Below the pieces are notes generated by a model that was not told the DNA's origin, did not search any database, and saw only the letters and a program-made list of their open reading frames with translations. Both the position numbers and the translations under genes were made by a program. DNA of 64,000 bases from a virus: the IMG/VR virus record IMGVR_UViG_3300010224_000001, positions 258,571-322,570 of that record; one strand, written 5' to 3'. Positions 27,342-36,859 of this stretch are shown piece by piece; position 1 is the first letter of the stretch, and each line of letters starts with the position of its first letter.

Positions 27342-28424
27342 TTACTCCCAGTTGAGAGTACCGCCAGTTTTAGCTTCCACGGCTTTAGCTGCAACTGCAG
27401 TACCACCTTCGTTACGCAGACCAAATGCTTCAGCAAACCACGGGAAGGGATTCTTAGCACCTGGGAACAGAACACCAATACCGACAGCAGCAGCGCGTTG
27501 ATTCGCTACCGATTGCAGATAGGTCAGGAACATATCAGCGTTCATACCGAGTATGTCGGCAGGCAGTGTTTCTTTAGCTACCGCAAACTCCAATTCTACA
27601 GCTTTACGAATCAACGCAGTCACATCTGCAAAGATAGGTTGCCACAAATGCGGGTTCTCGATACGGATCGTACTAACGATGTTAGCTGCTGCTTTGAAGT
27701 GCGTCAGTTCATCACGCAGCATCAGTTGGTATTGTTCCGAAGTCTTTACCATCTTGCCGTTACGACCCAGCGTCAGCATCTGAGTAAAGCTAACTGTCGA
27801 GAACAGACCCTTCAGGATACAAGCATATACGACAAGCGACTTAAGGAATTGCGCGTCGCTCTCAGGAGTGCCGGTTTTGAACTGAGGGTCTTGGAACAGA
27901 TTCAGATACGGTTTAATGAATTCGTTCTTAGCACGAACTGAAGCGAAACTATTGTAAGTGTCGTAAACGGCTTGCTCGTCAATCTTGAGTGCATCACTCA
28001 CGTGGTAATAGACGTGGTGACGAATTGCTTCTTCCATACCTTGACGCAGCAAGTACTGACGCACTTCTGGAGCAGTCACGTGACGATAGATACCAATAGC
28101 CAAACCACCTGCACGGTCATTAAGCGTAAGCAGACCAAGATTACGAATCACCAGTTGCTTCTCTTGTTCAGACAGTGACCCAGAATTCCACTGAGCGACA
28201 TCTTGTTCCATGATGTACTCTTGCGGCATCCATTGATTCTCACAAGCCTTCAGGTACTGATCCCAAGCCCATTTATACTTAAACGGCACGAGTTGGTTCA
28301 CGTCAGTAGTTGCGTTAATCATGCGTTTGTCTGACGCGTTAACCCGTTTAGAAGTATCAACGTCACTATCGACTTGTTCTGCATTTACTGCCGACGTTCC
28401 TTCATCATCCCAATCCAACGACAT
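27342..28424 (-). CDS. nrdB: ribonucleotide reductase beta-subunit homolog with a degenerate metal/radical site
   Basis: DVNQLVPFKYKWAW..Y...W.PQE, YLLRQ..EEAI, RDE..H, NPFPW and GG.L.W tail typical of proteobacterial NrdB; key residues substituted. Confidence 0.9.
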   Translation of the reverse strand: MSLDWDDEGTSAVNAEQVDSDVDTSKRVNASDKRMINATTDVNQLVPFKYKWAWDQYLKACENQWMPQEYIMEQDVAQWNSGSLSEQEKQLVIRNLGLLTLNDRAGGLAIGIYRHVTAPEVRQYLLRQGMEEAIRHHVYYHVSDALKIDEQAVYDTYNSFASVRAKNEFIKPYLNLFQDPQFKTGTPESDAQFLKSLVVYACILKGLFSTVSFTQMLTLGRNGKMVKTSEQYQLMLRDELTHFKAAANIVSTIRIENPHLWQPIFADVTALIRKAVELEFAVAKETLPADILGMNADMFLTYLQSVANQRAAAVGIGVLFPGAKNPFPWFAEAFGLRNEGGTAVAAKAVEAKTGGTLNWE

Positions 28425-28453
28425 GCTAATTCCTTTAATTGATAATACAAAAG

Positions 28454-28480
28454 AGTAGGTAGGAGTTAATCCTACCTACT
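28454..28480 (-). terminator. intrinsic terminator
   Basis: AGTAGGTAGGA/TCCTACCTACT perfect stem followed by CTTTT. Confidence 0.8.
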
Positions 28481-28484
28481 TGAT

Positions 28485-28838
28485 TTATTTCCGAGCTTCT
28501 TGCAGTAGTTCGGTTTGACGTTGCTGAATGATTTCTTCAGTAAGCCAGATTCCAGTATCGCACTTGTAATACGGTTCAGGATCTCTACCAGCAAAACCAG
28601 CACGTTCGCAATGATGAAGATGTTGATAATCCGAGAACAAAAGAGTACGCATTTGGAAAAGCTCTCGCTGCTTGGCATTATTACTGTCAATAAACTTACC
28701 GACCGCCACGCAGAAACCAACTACCACCGCCACAACTATCATCATAAAGAACGTTGTAAAAATACCTTCATCGTGGTCAACAACGAAACCGATAAATCTT
28801 CCCAAGATTTCCTTGCCCCGTTCAAGTATCTTACTCAT
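28485..28838 (-). CDS. membrane protein with a C-x2-GFAGR-C-W domain
   Basis: TM helix plus HCERAGFAGRDPEPYYKCDTGIWL. Confidence 0.75.
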   Translation of the reverse strand: MSKILERGKEILGRFIGFVVDHDEGIFTTFFMMIVVAVVVGFCVAVGKFIDSNNAKQRELFQMRTLLFSDYQHLHHCERAGFAGRDPEPYYKCDTGIWLTEEIIQQRQTELLQEARK

Positions 28839-29103
28839 CGGAAGAATCTTTCTTACTCTTCTTCTTAATCTCACCACGCAACCAAACACCATTATCGCAC
28901 TGGTAAGTAGGTTCTGCGTTACGACCAGCAAAACCACTCCTCACACACTTGTGATCTTGCAGGTACTTGTGATCTGCTGGCGTAAGTTCATTTGACTTCT
29001 TATCCCAATAAATCATAGCACCAATAACAATCCCTATCAGCACTAAGCTGATGAGTGCTTCAGCCAGGGTGACCTCTTCACAGCTGCAGTGACATTTCGA
29101 CAT
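28831..29103 (-). CDS. membrane protein, paralog of 28485..28838
   Basis: TM helix plus KCVRSGFAGRNAEPTYQCDNGVWL. Confidence 0.75.
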   Translation of the reverse strand: MSKCHCSCEEVTLAEALISLVLIGIVIGAMIYWDKKSNELTPADHKYLQDHKCVRSGFAGRNAEPTYQCDNGVWLRGEIKKKSKKDSSDE

Positions 29104-29117
29104 GTACGTATCCTTAG

Positions 29118-29303
29118 TTAAGCATCCCAAATAACTGCATCAGCTTTACCCGTGAAAACCATCCAAGCAAGCTTAAAACGAAAACGCAAAGCAAACCACT
29201 GCGGACGAATACCGCGCATTGGCGCCCAGTGATCGTTCGGTAGAAGAGCACTCGTGAGAGTGTATCTGATATCAGTAGCGTTAACTAGTTGCGGTAGATC
29301 CAT
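29118..29303 (-). CDS. small hypothetical protein
   Basis: W.P.R...RFKLAW.VFTGKADA motif common in phage micro-proteins; RBS present. Confidence 0.65.
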   Translation of the reverse strand: MDLPQLVNATDIRYTLTSALLPNDHWAPMRGIRPQWFALRFRFKLAWMVFTGKADAVIWDA

Positions 29304-29412
29304 GTTTCTTCCTTTTCTTTATAAAAGAATCTAAACACCACACAAGAACAAATACCCAAAGAAAGAGTAACCAGAATAGATTAGAGGCAATGCTCTTGCA
29401 ATTATTGTACAT
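29281..29412 (-). CDS. small membrane peptide (43 aa)
   Basis: Single TM helix followed by KKRKK; fills the gap. Confidence 0.45.
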   Translation of the reverse strand: MYNNCKSIASNLFWLLFLWVFVLVWCLDSFIKKRKKHGSTATS

Positions 29413-29426
29413 CTGTTTCCAGAATG

Positions 29427-29753
29427 TCATGTTTGCTCCTTAGATCCAGCGCCATCTACATGGTACTTGCCGTTAGCCAGATTGTAGAGTTCAAGCTCTT
29501 CCCACCAGCCATTTGAACAATGCCACCAGATCACACCCTCTAACTTAGTGCGGGAGCAGTCATTAAGGACTGCATAGGTCAGCATTCTCTGTTCTGATAC
29601 AGCAGTCGGATCATTCTTCTTTGCGGCAGTGAAATACACTGTCACTAATGAAGCAATAACTATTGCTAGAACTGTAATGCAAGCTAAAAGTAGAAGAGGC
29701 TTTTGCTTGACATAATCGCTATGTTTCTTTAATGACGACAGTGGGGTGCTCAT
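29427..29753 (-). CDS. membrane protein, distant paralog of the 28.5-29.1 kb pair
   Basis: TM helix plus NDCSR...WHCSNGWW. Confidence 0.65.
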   Translation of the reverse strand: MSTPLSSLKKHSDYVKQKPLLLLACITVLAIVIASLVTVYFTAAKKNDPTAVSEQRMLTYAVLNDCSRTKLEGVIWWHCSNGWWEELELYNLANGKYHVDGAGSKEQT

Positions 29754-30001
29754 GTTTTATAATGAAATACCAAAGAAACTACAATCGAAACGGCAAGACA
29801 GATTCCTAATGATTGAGCGAACGATAAGTTATCGAACCATTGGAACACTTCCTCCATTACAGTGATTCGCTCAGGCTGACTTTCGCCTTCCATTATCCAC
29901 ACATTGTGGTTAGGAACAGGCTTACCATCTTCTTCATGCTTTATTAGCCAAAGAAAAACAAGTATAGCTATCAAGAGAGGATTACCAAGTACTTTCTTCA
30001 T
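29750..30001 (-). CDS. small membrane protein
   Basis: Two hydrophobic segments. Confidence 0.6.
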   Translation of the reverse strand: MKKVLGNPLLIAILVFLWLIKHEEDGKPVPNHNVWIMEGESQPERITVMEEVFQWFDNLSFAQSLGICLAVSIVVSLVFHYKT

Positions 30002-30002
30002 A

Positions 30003-30299
30003 TCACACCGCCACAGGAGCTTTGATGCCTGGATGAGGATCGTAACCTACGATTTCGAAGTCTTCAAACTTGTAATCGTAAATTGAAGCTGGTTTACGGG
30101 TAAACTTCAGTTTAGGCAGTTCGCGCCAGGTGCGCTGCAGCTGGGTCTCAACTTGTTGCATGTGGTTCGAGTACAGATGAACATCACCACCAGTCCAAAC
30201 AAAGTCACCGACAGCCATATTAAGCTGTTGAGCAAACATGTGCGTCAGGATTGCATACGAAGCGATATTGAACGGCACACCGAGGAAGACGTCGGCTGA
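30003..30299 (-). CDS. thyA: thymidylate synthase exon 2
   Basis: [15 protein letters not shown]...GGDVHLY.NH...IKAPVAV. Confidence 0.95.
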   Translation of the reverse strand, partial: SADVFLGVPFNIASYAILTHMFAQQLNMAVGDFVWTGGDVHLYSNHMQQVETQLQRTWRELPKLKFTRKPASIYDYKFEDFEIVGYDPHPGIKAPVAV

Positions 30300-31415
30300 C
30301 ATTGTGTTCAGAATAGTTCGTTAGACTATTCCCGTTAGGTTTCTTCAATTCCTAACTGCTGCATGTCGCCATGCAGAGCAGACTATATCACGATCTCATT
30401 TCCGAGACCTCTCCCGTTTCGACTCCACTTGGAGCCTACGCCTTAAAGGCTAGTCGTTGGGCATTTCGGTAAGATAACTGTAACCCGAATATTTATCTTT
30501 ACTGCTATTGATTCGATAAACCATCAGGGCTGGTGAAATGTTTAGTTGACGAGAAGCTTCAGTCAGTGATTCGTAGACTTTATTGTCAACTTTAACTTTA
30601 CGAGAATTAGCAGGTAACGTATCTCTGGCTTTACCAAGTTCAGATAGTCGTTTCCTAGTTTCTTCGCTATGAACCTTTCCGTAGAACGGATTTAATTCAC
30701 CTACTCGTTTTGATGCATTCTCAGAGATCTTGCGACGATGTTCAGCGCTAAATACTGCACCTAAGTTATACGTGTTTCCTTTGTGTACTTCAGAAATACG
30801 CTTCTTAACTTCATCAGTGTGGATTCGGCCCCACATGCCATTTTTTGAACCTGGTCTTCCGAAGAGTAATCTCTTCTCCTCTTTCGTTAACTCATGCATT
30901 CTGTTAATTAATGTCTGTTTGATTCTAGCGATACGTTCCTCACGTTTAGGATCTCGCGTAAGTGTATCACCGCCTCCCTTAGCAACAAGGAGTACATTGA
31001 GTAACAGTTTTGTGGCTGAGTAACGATCGAGTAATTCTTGTTCTAACTCGTAAGCGTCTTCCCTTGTTTCTGTTGGGAATATCGTTACTTGGAAATATGG
31101 ATCTTTCTTCCAAGCTGCTTGAAACTTAGAGCAATGATGAATGCCTTGGTTCAATTCACGAATGTGTCGTTCAATTCGTTTTTTGATGTTCTGAGAACTA
31201 CCAACATAGAACTCACCAGTTCTTGGGTTGGTTAGAATGTATACTCCTGTAAATTCCATGTCATGCTTTCGTAATAAAGACATAGTATATTACTAGGACT
31301 ACCATTCAATGTTTGTTACTTACCGTTTAGCAACGGATTGTCTCATTTCTGAGAGGTTCCCGTTTTAGAGAGATTTGCTCTTAGGATCACTCCTAAGAGG
31401 CGCTCAGTTAAGCGA
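30300..31415 (-). mobile_element. self-splicing group I intron (IA2-like, 1116 nt) in thyA
   Basis: Exon 1 ends in U (CAG CGT); P1 GCGU/GCGC with a U-G pair; R element CAACGACTA; S element GATATAGTC; terminal G; spliced product restores YQR-SAD. Confidence 0.92.
30450..31283 (-). CDS. intron-encoded GIY-YIG homing endonuclease
   Basis: GVY...YVGSS..R...H...E; NUMOD3 repeats (NPFYGKVHSEETR) and a C-terminal HTH. Confidence 0.95.
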   Translation of the reverse strand: MSLLRKHDMEFTGVYILTNPRTGEFYVGSSQNIKKRIERHIRELNQGIHHCSKFQAAWKKDPYFQVTIFPTETREDAYELEQELLDRYSATKLLLNVLLVAKGGGDTLTRDPKREERIARIKQTLINRMHELTKEEKRLLFGRPGSKNGMWGRIHTDEVKKRISEVHKGNTYNLGAVFSAEHRRKISENASKRVGELNPFYGKVHSEETRKRLSELGKARDTLPANSRKVKVDNKVYESLTEASRQLNISPALMVYRINSSKDKYSGYSYLTEMPND

Positions 31416-32567
31416 ACGCTGGTACAACTGGCAAGACAAACGCTGCCGCGGAATATCTTCTTCATCGAAAATAGCGTGGTACTTTTCCCGATTACCATTA
31501 GCCATCCCTTGGAACCACATCGTGTCTTTAAAACGATGATGTTCGCGGCTCGTAGACATTTCGGCTCGTTCAGTTACAGTCAAATCAGTTACGTAGAATT
31601 GAAACAGTGAATGGCAAGGAGCCAGCTTCATCAGCGGTAGTTCAGCCACGTTCCAAGCCGAAACGATAATGCGACGCGAATCAGGATTATTCTTGAGAGT
31701 ATTCATGACCTCTTCGATCTGGTCGATGAATTTCTCCAACATCATGTATTCACCCGGAACTAGATCACGACGTGCAGAACCAGTAGGAAGATAGCCTTGC
31801 TTTTTGAAGATTTTAATTTCTTCAGCATGACGTTCAGGATGAAGGATTTGGACATCATGCCACTTACGCCATTGTGCACCGTATACGGGACCGAGTTCAC
31901 CATTCTTATCAGCCCACTCATCCCAGATGGTTACACCGTTATCTTGCAGATACTTAACATTGGTATCGCCTGCCAGGAACCAGATCAGCTCATGGACAAT
32001 AGATTTGAGATGCACCTTCTTCGTAGTCAAAAGAGGAATGCCTTCGTTCAAATCGAAACGCATCTGGCGACCAAACACAGAAGTCGTGCCGGTGCCTGTG
32101 CGATCCGTCTTCACAGTGCCATTAGCAAGAATATCACGCATCAGATTCAGATACTGATAGTCGGCATTATTCTTGATCTTCTTGCTGAAGGTAAACTGGA
32201 TTACATGGTTGTCTGGAATGTTCGTGACCGGCAGCAGATCTTCGTATAGAACGTTGTCAATAGTAATACTAACCGAAGTGATGTGTTCTTTCGACACATC
32301 TGTTCCGGCTGCTTTGAAAGTTTCGCTGATATCTTCTTTCGTAGCATAGTTGATTGTCAGCGAATTCATCCACATCGTCAAGACGTCGTTTGCTAACGTC
32401 GATGAGTTAGGATGCAATGTCAAGAACAAGCGGTTGGTCTTGGTGGCTCCCGTATCCGCATCAATGATGCAGTTTTCAAACAGATGTTTCAGTTGCTGTT
32501 GAAGAAGATGACCGTTCTCGACGCACGAGGTTCCGGCTGGATAACGAGCAATGCGAATATTTTTCAT
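31416..32567 (-). CDS. thyA: thymidylate synthase exon 1, with a ~135-aa N-terminal extra domain
   Basis: [52 protein letters not shown]. Confidence 0.95.
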
Positions 32568-32569
32568 GG

Positions 32570-33100
32570 TTATTTAACTTGATGCGTTTTAACGTTGACG
32601 GTAACTGTATTGCCTTCTTTGGTATAGCTGATGGTATCAAAGATAGGCATGGTGGTTTTAGTTGCAAAGCTAAGATTATCCGCATTTAACGGAGCATATT
32701 GACGATCAACAAGAGTACACTGTGGGAAGCTCATCATGAATTGCTGATGTTGAAATGGGAACAGAAGTTGTAGCTTCTTCATCAACCTTTCGATATCGTA
32801 CCATTCCCAAATCAAAAAGACGATACCTTCGCCATTCGGATCATCATCTAAATGGCAGGTATCGATAGCAATATCTGGAGCAGTGCTGATTTTGTAAGGT
32901 CTTTTGTGCTGTTCTACTTCACGAATGATTTCTCTGAGATCACCCCACATGGGTTCGTATTCCCAACTGTAATCAATCGTCTTCCCTTTGATACACATTC
33001 CGGCGGTCGTATCTAAACTAGGACGAGAATTCGGATCAGAGCGGGTGTAAATCGTACCTATGGGTAAAGCAAGGAACTCGGTAAGTTTAACAGTAAACAT
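32570..33100 (-). CDS. hypothetical protein
   Basis: 176-aa ORF. Confidence 0.7.
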   Translation of the reverse strand: MFTVKLTEFLALPIGTIYTRSDPNSRPSLDTTAGMCIKGKTIDYSWEYEPMWGDLREIIREVEQHKRPYKISTAPDIAIDTCHLDDDPNGEGIVFLIWEWYDIERLMKKLQLLFPFQHQQFMMSFPQCTLVDRQYAPLNADNLSFATKTTMPIFDTISYTKEGNTVTVNVKTHQVK

Positions 33101-33106
33101 AGTTAG

Positions 33107-33511
33107 TTACTTAGTCTGAGTTGCGACAATCTTGCAGGGTTGTACGTTAAAGCTCTTTACTACATCGGCTAAATTAAGCACGAAATAGAGTAAGGCAAAA
33201 CCAATTAACCAACCAAATGGACCGCAAAGGATTGCGAGAGTAGCGTCTGGCCAGCTAGTCGGACCTTCTTCAATAACTTCAATGCCGTCTAGTTGAGAAC
33301 GCAATTCGTCATTGTCATTCTCAGCATTCTCTAGACGATCAATAAGAGCCAATACACGCTCTGGACTGACGTAGGCTATGTATTCATCGTAGCCAGCAGG
33401 TACAGCGTTTTGACGAGCCTCTTCGACAGTGACCCAATCACCTTCTAACGCCGGATGCGAAGCTAGTTGTTTGAGCTTATCAATTTCGATATCGCGAATT
33501 TCATTACCCAT
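33107..33511 (-). CDS. Ead/Ea22-like domain protein with a C-terminal TM helix
   Basis: YIAYVSPERVLALIDRLE motif. Confidence 0.55.
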   Translation of the reverse strand: MGNEIRDIEIDKLKQLASHPALEGDWVTVEEARQNAVPAGYDEYIAYVSPERVLALIDRLENAENDNDELRSQLDGIEVIEEGPTSWPDATLAILCGPFGWLIGFALLYFVLNLADVVKSFNVQPCKIVATQTK

Positions 33512-33512
33512 T

Positions 33513-34001
33513 TTAGTATCCTTTCAGTTTTCTAGCTTTTCTAAAACCCATTCGACGTTTTTGATGTTCTCGAATTGCTTTCTTAGTCACCCTAGCTCGC
33601 TCGATCTCTAAACCTCTAATAATCGATCTAGTTTCCCATTCTTCGAAAGTTTCATTAGGGTTAGGATATAGTGGGTCTAGTTTAGGAGTAAGTGTGTTAC
33701 AACTAGCATCCGAAGAAGATTGAATCGAAACATACTTAGGATAGTTGTCTAACCAGTGACAATCTGACATCATTAGTTTGTCTCTTTGTCCTGAAGTTAA
33801 AGATTCTAGCCATTCCTCCTTTGTACCTGAAAAGCCTAGCTTCTTTGCGATTTCATAAGCGCTTTTACATTCTTCTTTTTCAACATCAATAACTTCTTCT
33901 TTTTTCTTTGTTGTGTTGAGTAACTTAACGTAAGAATAGGTAAACATACCAGCCATCATAAGACCCAATGGCAACCAGTAATAAGACTCTCCCATGTTCA
34001 T
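33513..34001 (-). CDS. membrane protein carrying one SAYxxA-GFxGTxxEWLxSL repeat
   Basis: N-terminal TM; KSAYEIAKKLGFSGTKEEWLESL. Confidence 0.7.
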   Translation of the reverse strand: MNMGESYYWLPLGLMMAGMFTYSYVKLLNTTKKKEEVIDVEKEECKSAYEIAKKLGFSGTKEEWLESLTSGQRDKLMMSDCHWLDNYPKYVSIQSSSDASCNTLTPKLDPLYPNPNETFEEWETRSIIRGLEIERARVTKKAIREHQKRRMGFRKARKLKGY

Positions 34002-34002
34002 C

Positions 34003-34200
34003 CTAGTGGTTCATCGTGCTCATCATCAACACGAATATTAGTTGGTCGATGTTTTTATCCGACATCGTTAGTAAGAAAGGTAGACCCATCAGTCCGAAGA
34101 TTAACTGAAGAACTACCGTTCCTAGAAATTCCATGCGCTTCTCATGCTTCTGTTTTAATGCTTTTTCTTTTTCCAAGAACTCTTTATCTTCGGAATCCAT
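34003..34200 (-). CDS. small membrane protein
   Basis: 65 aa, hydrophobic. Confidence 0.6.
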   Translation of the reverse strand: MDSEDKEFLEKEKALKQKHEKRMEFLGTVVLQLIFGLMGLPFLLTMSDKNIDQLIFVLMMSTMNH

Positions 34201-34481
34201 GATACCAACTTAGTGATGAGGTAGAGAGCGATGACGAAAACGATAATGATAATGACGTAGTCTTTATAGACTTGTTTCATTATGTCTTCCGTTTCAGAAT
34301 GTACAGCTGGTGTCTGAGTTGTTGTTTGGATCTCAGTAACGGGTAGAATAATCGTTGTGTGTTTTTGTTCTTTTGATTTTCTGATAGCTTCGTCTAGCTG
34401 TCGTTGTTGTTGCATTGCGTTGACAGCAATAAAGACTGCGGTAGCGCCTGTCACGTTAGTTACCTTTCCACTCTGATACAA
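34155..34481 (-). CDS. membrane protein
   Basis: C-terminal TM helix and basic tail. Confidence 0.6.
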   Translation of the reverse strand: MYQSGKVTNVTGATAVFIAVNAMQQQRQLDEAIRKSKEQKHTTIILPVTEIQTTTQTPAVHSETEDIMKQVYKDYVIIIIVFVIALYLITKLVSWIPKIKSSWKKKKH

Positions 34482-34498
34482 CGATCAAGTGTTCACGA

Positions 34499-34678
34499 CT
34501 ATTTCCGTGGCCATGATAAAGCAATGGAACAAATAAATGATAGAATACAAATACTCCACACAACGAAGTATGATTTAGCTGAAAGTCGGATGATGTTAAT
34601 CATATCCAGGAAACCGAAGAACCCAGTCAATGCAAATGCAAAAGCTAGGACCTGCACGATAAACTCTTTAAAGGCCAT
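34499..34678 (-). CDS. small two-TM protein (59 aa, MAFKEFIVQ...)
   Basis: Fills the gap; not in the ORF track. Confidence 0.5.
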   Translation of the reverse strand: MAFKEFIVQVLAFAFALTGFFGFLDMINIIRLSAKSYFVVWSICILSFICSIALSWPRK

Positions 34679-34689
34679 GTCTGTATGTT

Positions 34690-35400
34690 TTATTTAGTCA
34701 CTTGGGGGAAAGTAAAATACACCCAACCCTTAACTTGATCTGCAACTTTCTCTGGAGTGCAGTTCGCATCAACGGTATAGATAAAGCGGAACGTTTTATC
34801 ATTACTAACCGTCATCGCATCATGTAGATCGGCTTCGGGAATAGTGCTTACAATAGTGTCTGCGTGATACGGTTTCAGACGCTTTTGATAACCCTCATGA
34901 ACTAATCGGCGAAAGTTTTCTTCTTCTTTATCTAGGCGATCTTGCTTATCGGTACGAAGTGCTAAGCGCTTAACGCTTTCTTCAAATGACAAATCAAAGA
35001 ACAGTGTGTAGTCTGGAATAATACCACCCGATACAAACTCATGCAGATCATCTAAATCTTTACTGAGACCACGTGCATGACCTTGGTAGGCATACGTGGA
35101 ATCGTAGAAACGATCACTGATAACAAACTTACCTTCTTTTAATGCAGGAAGAATTTTGGTTTGCACATGATGACGGCGGGCTGCCAAGAACAACATGATT
35201 TCAGTTGTACCATCCATCTCGTTATGCAAGATAAGATTACGAATCTTTTCAGCCAATTCAGTTCCGCCTGGTTCTCGAGTAATCACCACCTCGTAACCCA
35301 AGGAACGAATCGCTTCTGCGAGCACTGGAACATTGCTAGACTTACCACTGCAATCTGGACCCTCTAGGGTTATGAACTTTCCTGGATGTAAATGATTCAT
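34690..35400 (-). CDS. tmk: thymidylate kinase
   Basis: FITLEGPDCSGKS, TREPGGT, LFLAAR, ISDRFYDSTYAYQG; start taken at 35400. Confidence 0.95.
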   Translation of the reverse strand: MNHLHPGKFITLEGPDCSGKSSNVPVLAEAIRSLGYEVVITREPGGTELAEKIRNLILHNEMDGTTEIMLFLAARRHHVQTKILPALKEGKFVISDRFYDSTYAYQGHARGLSKDLDDLHEFVSGGIIPDYTLFFDLSFEESVKRLALRTDKQDRLDKEEENFRRLVHEGYQKRLKPYHADTIVSTIPEADLHDAMTVSNDKTFRFIYTVDANCTPEKVADQVKGWVYFTFPQVTK

Positions 35401-35470
35401 TTTGGCAACAAAAAAATAAAGAGTATAAGAGAATGCCACCACCCCTTTCGGGATGGTGGCTTTTATGATG

Positions 35471-35854
35471 TCATTTCTGGCGCTGATCCAAAATAGGCTG
35501 ATCTTTACCTGGTTCATAAACGCGACGGCGAGGACCGACACGGATATCTACCGAGATAGGGAGGTAACCCATCTTTTCTACTTGCTTGAAAACATCATGG
35601 ATGACTTCAGGCCGCGGATTAATCAAATGCTTGGGTTTGTCAACTACCAAACCAAAGTTCATGCGATCGCCCGTCACATAAGAACGCACACTTACCAAAC
35701 CATGTTGCTGTGCAATTGCCACCGTGTTCCATTCAGTTTCCAGCGTGATGTTGGGATTAAGGCCGACACGCACTTCGGGTTCAGGGAAGATTGGGAACAT
35801 GGCTTTATCCTTAATGACGAGTGGAATTGTCAGCGGCGTCACTGTTAACGACAC
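35471..35854 (-). CDS. hypothetical protein
   Basis: 127 aa; hairpin follows at 35435-35460. Confidence 0.65.
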   Translation of the reverse strand: MSLTVTPLTIPLVIKDKAMFPIFPEPEVRVGLNPNITLETEWNTVAIAQQHGLVSVRSYVTGDRMNFGLVVDKPKHLINPRPEVIHDVFKQVEKMGYLPISVDIRVGPRRRVYEPGKDQPILDQRQK

Positions 35855-36311
35855 GCGGCGTATGATGCGTCGTACCGATCACCTTATGGCCGGTTTCCGG
35901 ATCAGCCGCAGCACGTCGCGCCGAAGCTTGACGAGCAGCAGCGTGTTGCTTACTCATGTCTTTGGATGCAGAGCGTGCTTGATCACGGAATCGCTGCGGA
36001 TCAGGTCGTGGCGAATCGAACGTCATGATCGGAGCAGGCTTGACTGTCATCACCGTAGCGTAAGAACGCAGCGAACGCGGAATGTAACCAACAGCGCGAG
36101 CTTCTTCGAAGATGTGAGCCAGGACATCCGGATCGAGAGCGGGAATTTCAGACACGCCTACGAAAGCGAAGGGAATCGATTCGTTGACCAGGCCCTTCTG
36201 CTTGTGATCAGCAAAGATCGAACCATGTTCGCCAATAGTGGCAGCGTCTTCACGAAACACGACACGAACGGTAATCTTGGTCTTACCTTTATTAAAGAGT
36301 TTGTTCAGCAT
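35811..36311 (-). CDS. hypothetical protein
   Basis: AAGGA RBS; shares P.V...F......GY.P.S with 35471..35854. Confidence 0.7.
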   Translation of the reverse strand: MLNKLFNKGKTKITVRVVFREDAATIGEHGSIFADHKQKGLVNESIPFAFVGVSEIPALDPDVLAHIFEEARAVGYIPRSLRSYATVMTVKPAPIMTFDSPRPDPQRFRDQARSASKDMSKQHAAARQASARRAAADPETGHKVIGTTHHTPRVVNSDAADNSTRH

Positions 36312-36340
36312 GATTTTTCCTTTTGTTTGAATATTGGTTG

Positions 36341-36712
36341 TTATTGAGATTCCACGAAGGGAATGATGTCTAGATCAGGTTTACTGATGAGACGATGTAC
36401 TACGGGTTCATTAACGCCCATCCACCTTAGCTGCTGTCGGGTTGAATCCGGTGTAACGAATTCAATTGCAGAATCAGGCAGAGCGTCAAACACTTCTTTG
36501 GTGACAATGAATGGAGCATCTTTTCGGTCTAACTTGATCGAACCGAAATTTACACGCTTACCACTAGGCGCATACACTTCAATACCATTCAAAGTACCAC
36601 GAGCTGTGGCTTCCTTGTATTCTACCTTAGGTTGTTCAGTTTCAGGGAGGATACGAATGCAGGTGCCATTTTCACGTTGAATGATCAGAGTCTTAGAAGT
36701 GAAGTTTTTCAT
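36341..36712 (-). CDS. hypothetical protein
   Basis: 123-aa ORF. Confidence 0.7.
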   Translation of the reverse strand: MKNFTSKTLIIQRENGTCIRILPETEQPKVEYKEATARGTLNGIEVYAPSGKRVNFGSIKLDRKDAPFIVTKEVFDALPDSAIEFVTPDSTRQQLRWMGVNEPVVHRLISKPDLDIIPFVESQ

Positions 36713-36859
36713 AGTGCACGAAATAAATCGTCAGGAATTATTGTTGGTTGTTATATTGGAAACAATGTAGAGGTCTAACCTCTATATGAAAGTACAGCTA
36801 GGTATTTTTTATTTGTTTCTCCTTAAATTGTTAACGTATCTCTGATACATCTCAACAAT

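Noticed and set aside
27342-28424. Class Ie metal-free R2
   Set aside because: The substituted positions differ from the class Ie pattern and the relay Tyr is missing.
30003-30302. Stand-alone 99-aa ThyA fragment, or thyA as a pseudogene
   Set aside because: The ATG is formed by the intron's 3' end; splicing restores the full enzyme.
30384-30392. TATATCAC on the plus strand as an early promoter
   Set aside because: It is the complement of the intron S element (GATATAGTC).
35401-35541. N-terminal extension of Tmk in the ORF track (likewise 11304-11408 for the Nudix protein)
   Set aside because: It runs through a terminator or an overlapping gene; the downstream ATG fits the family start or RBS.
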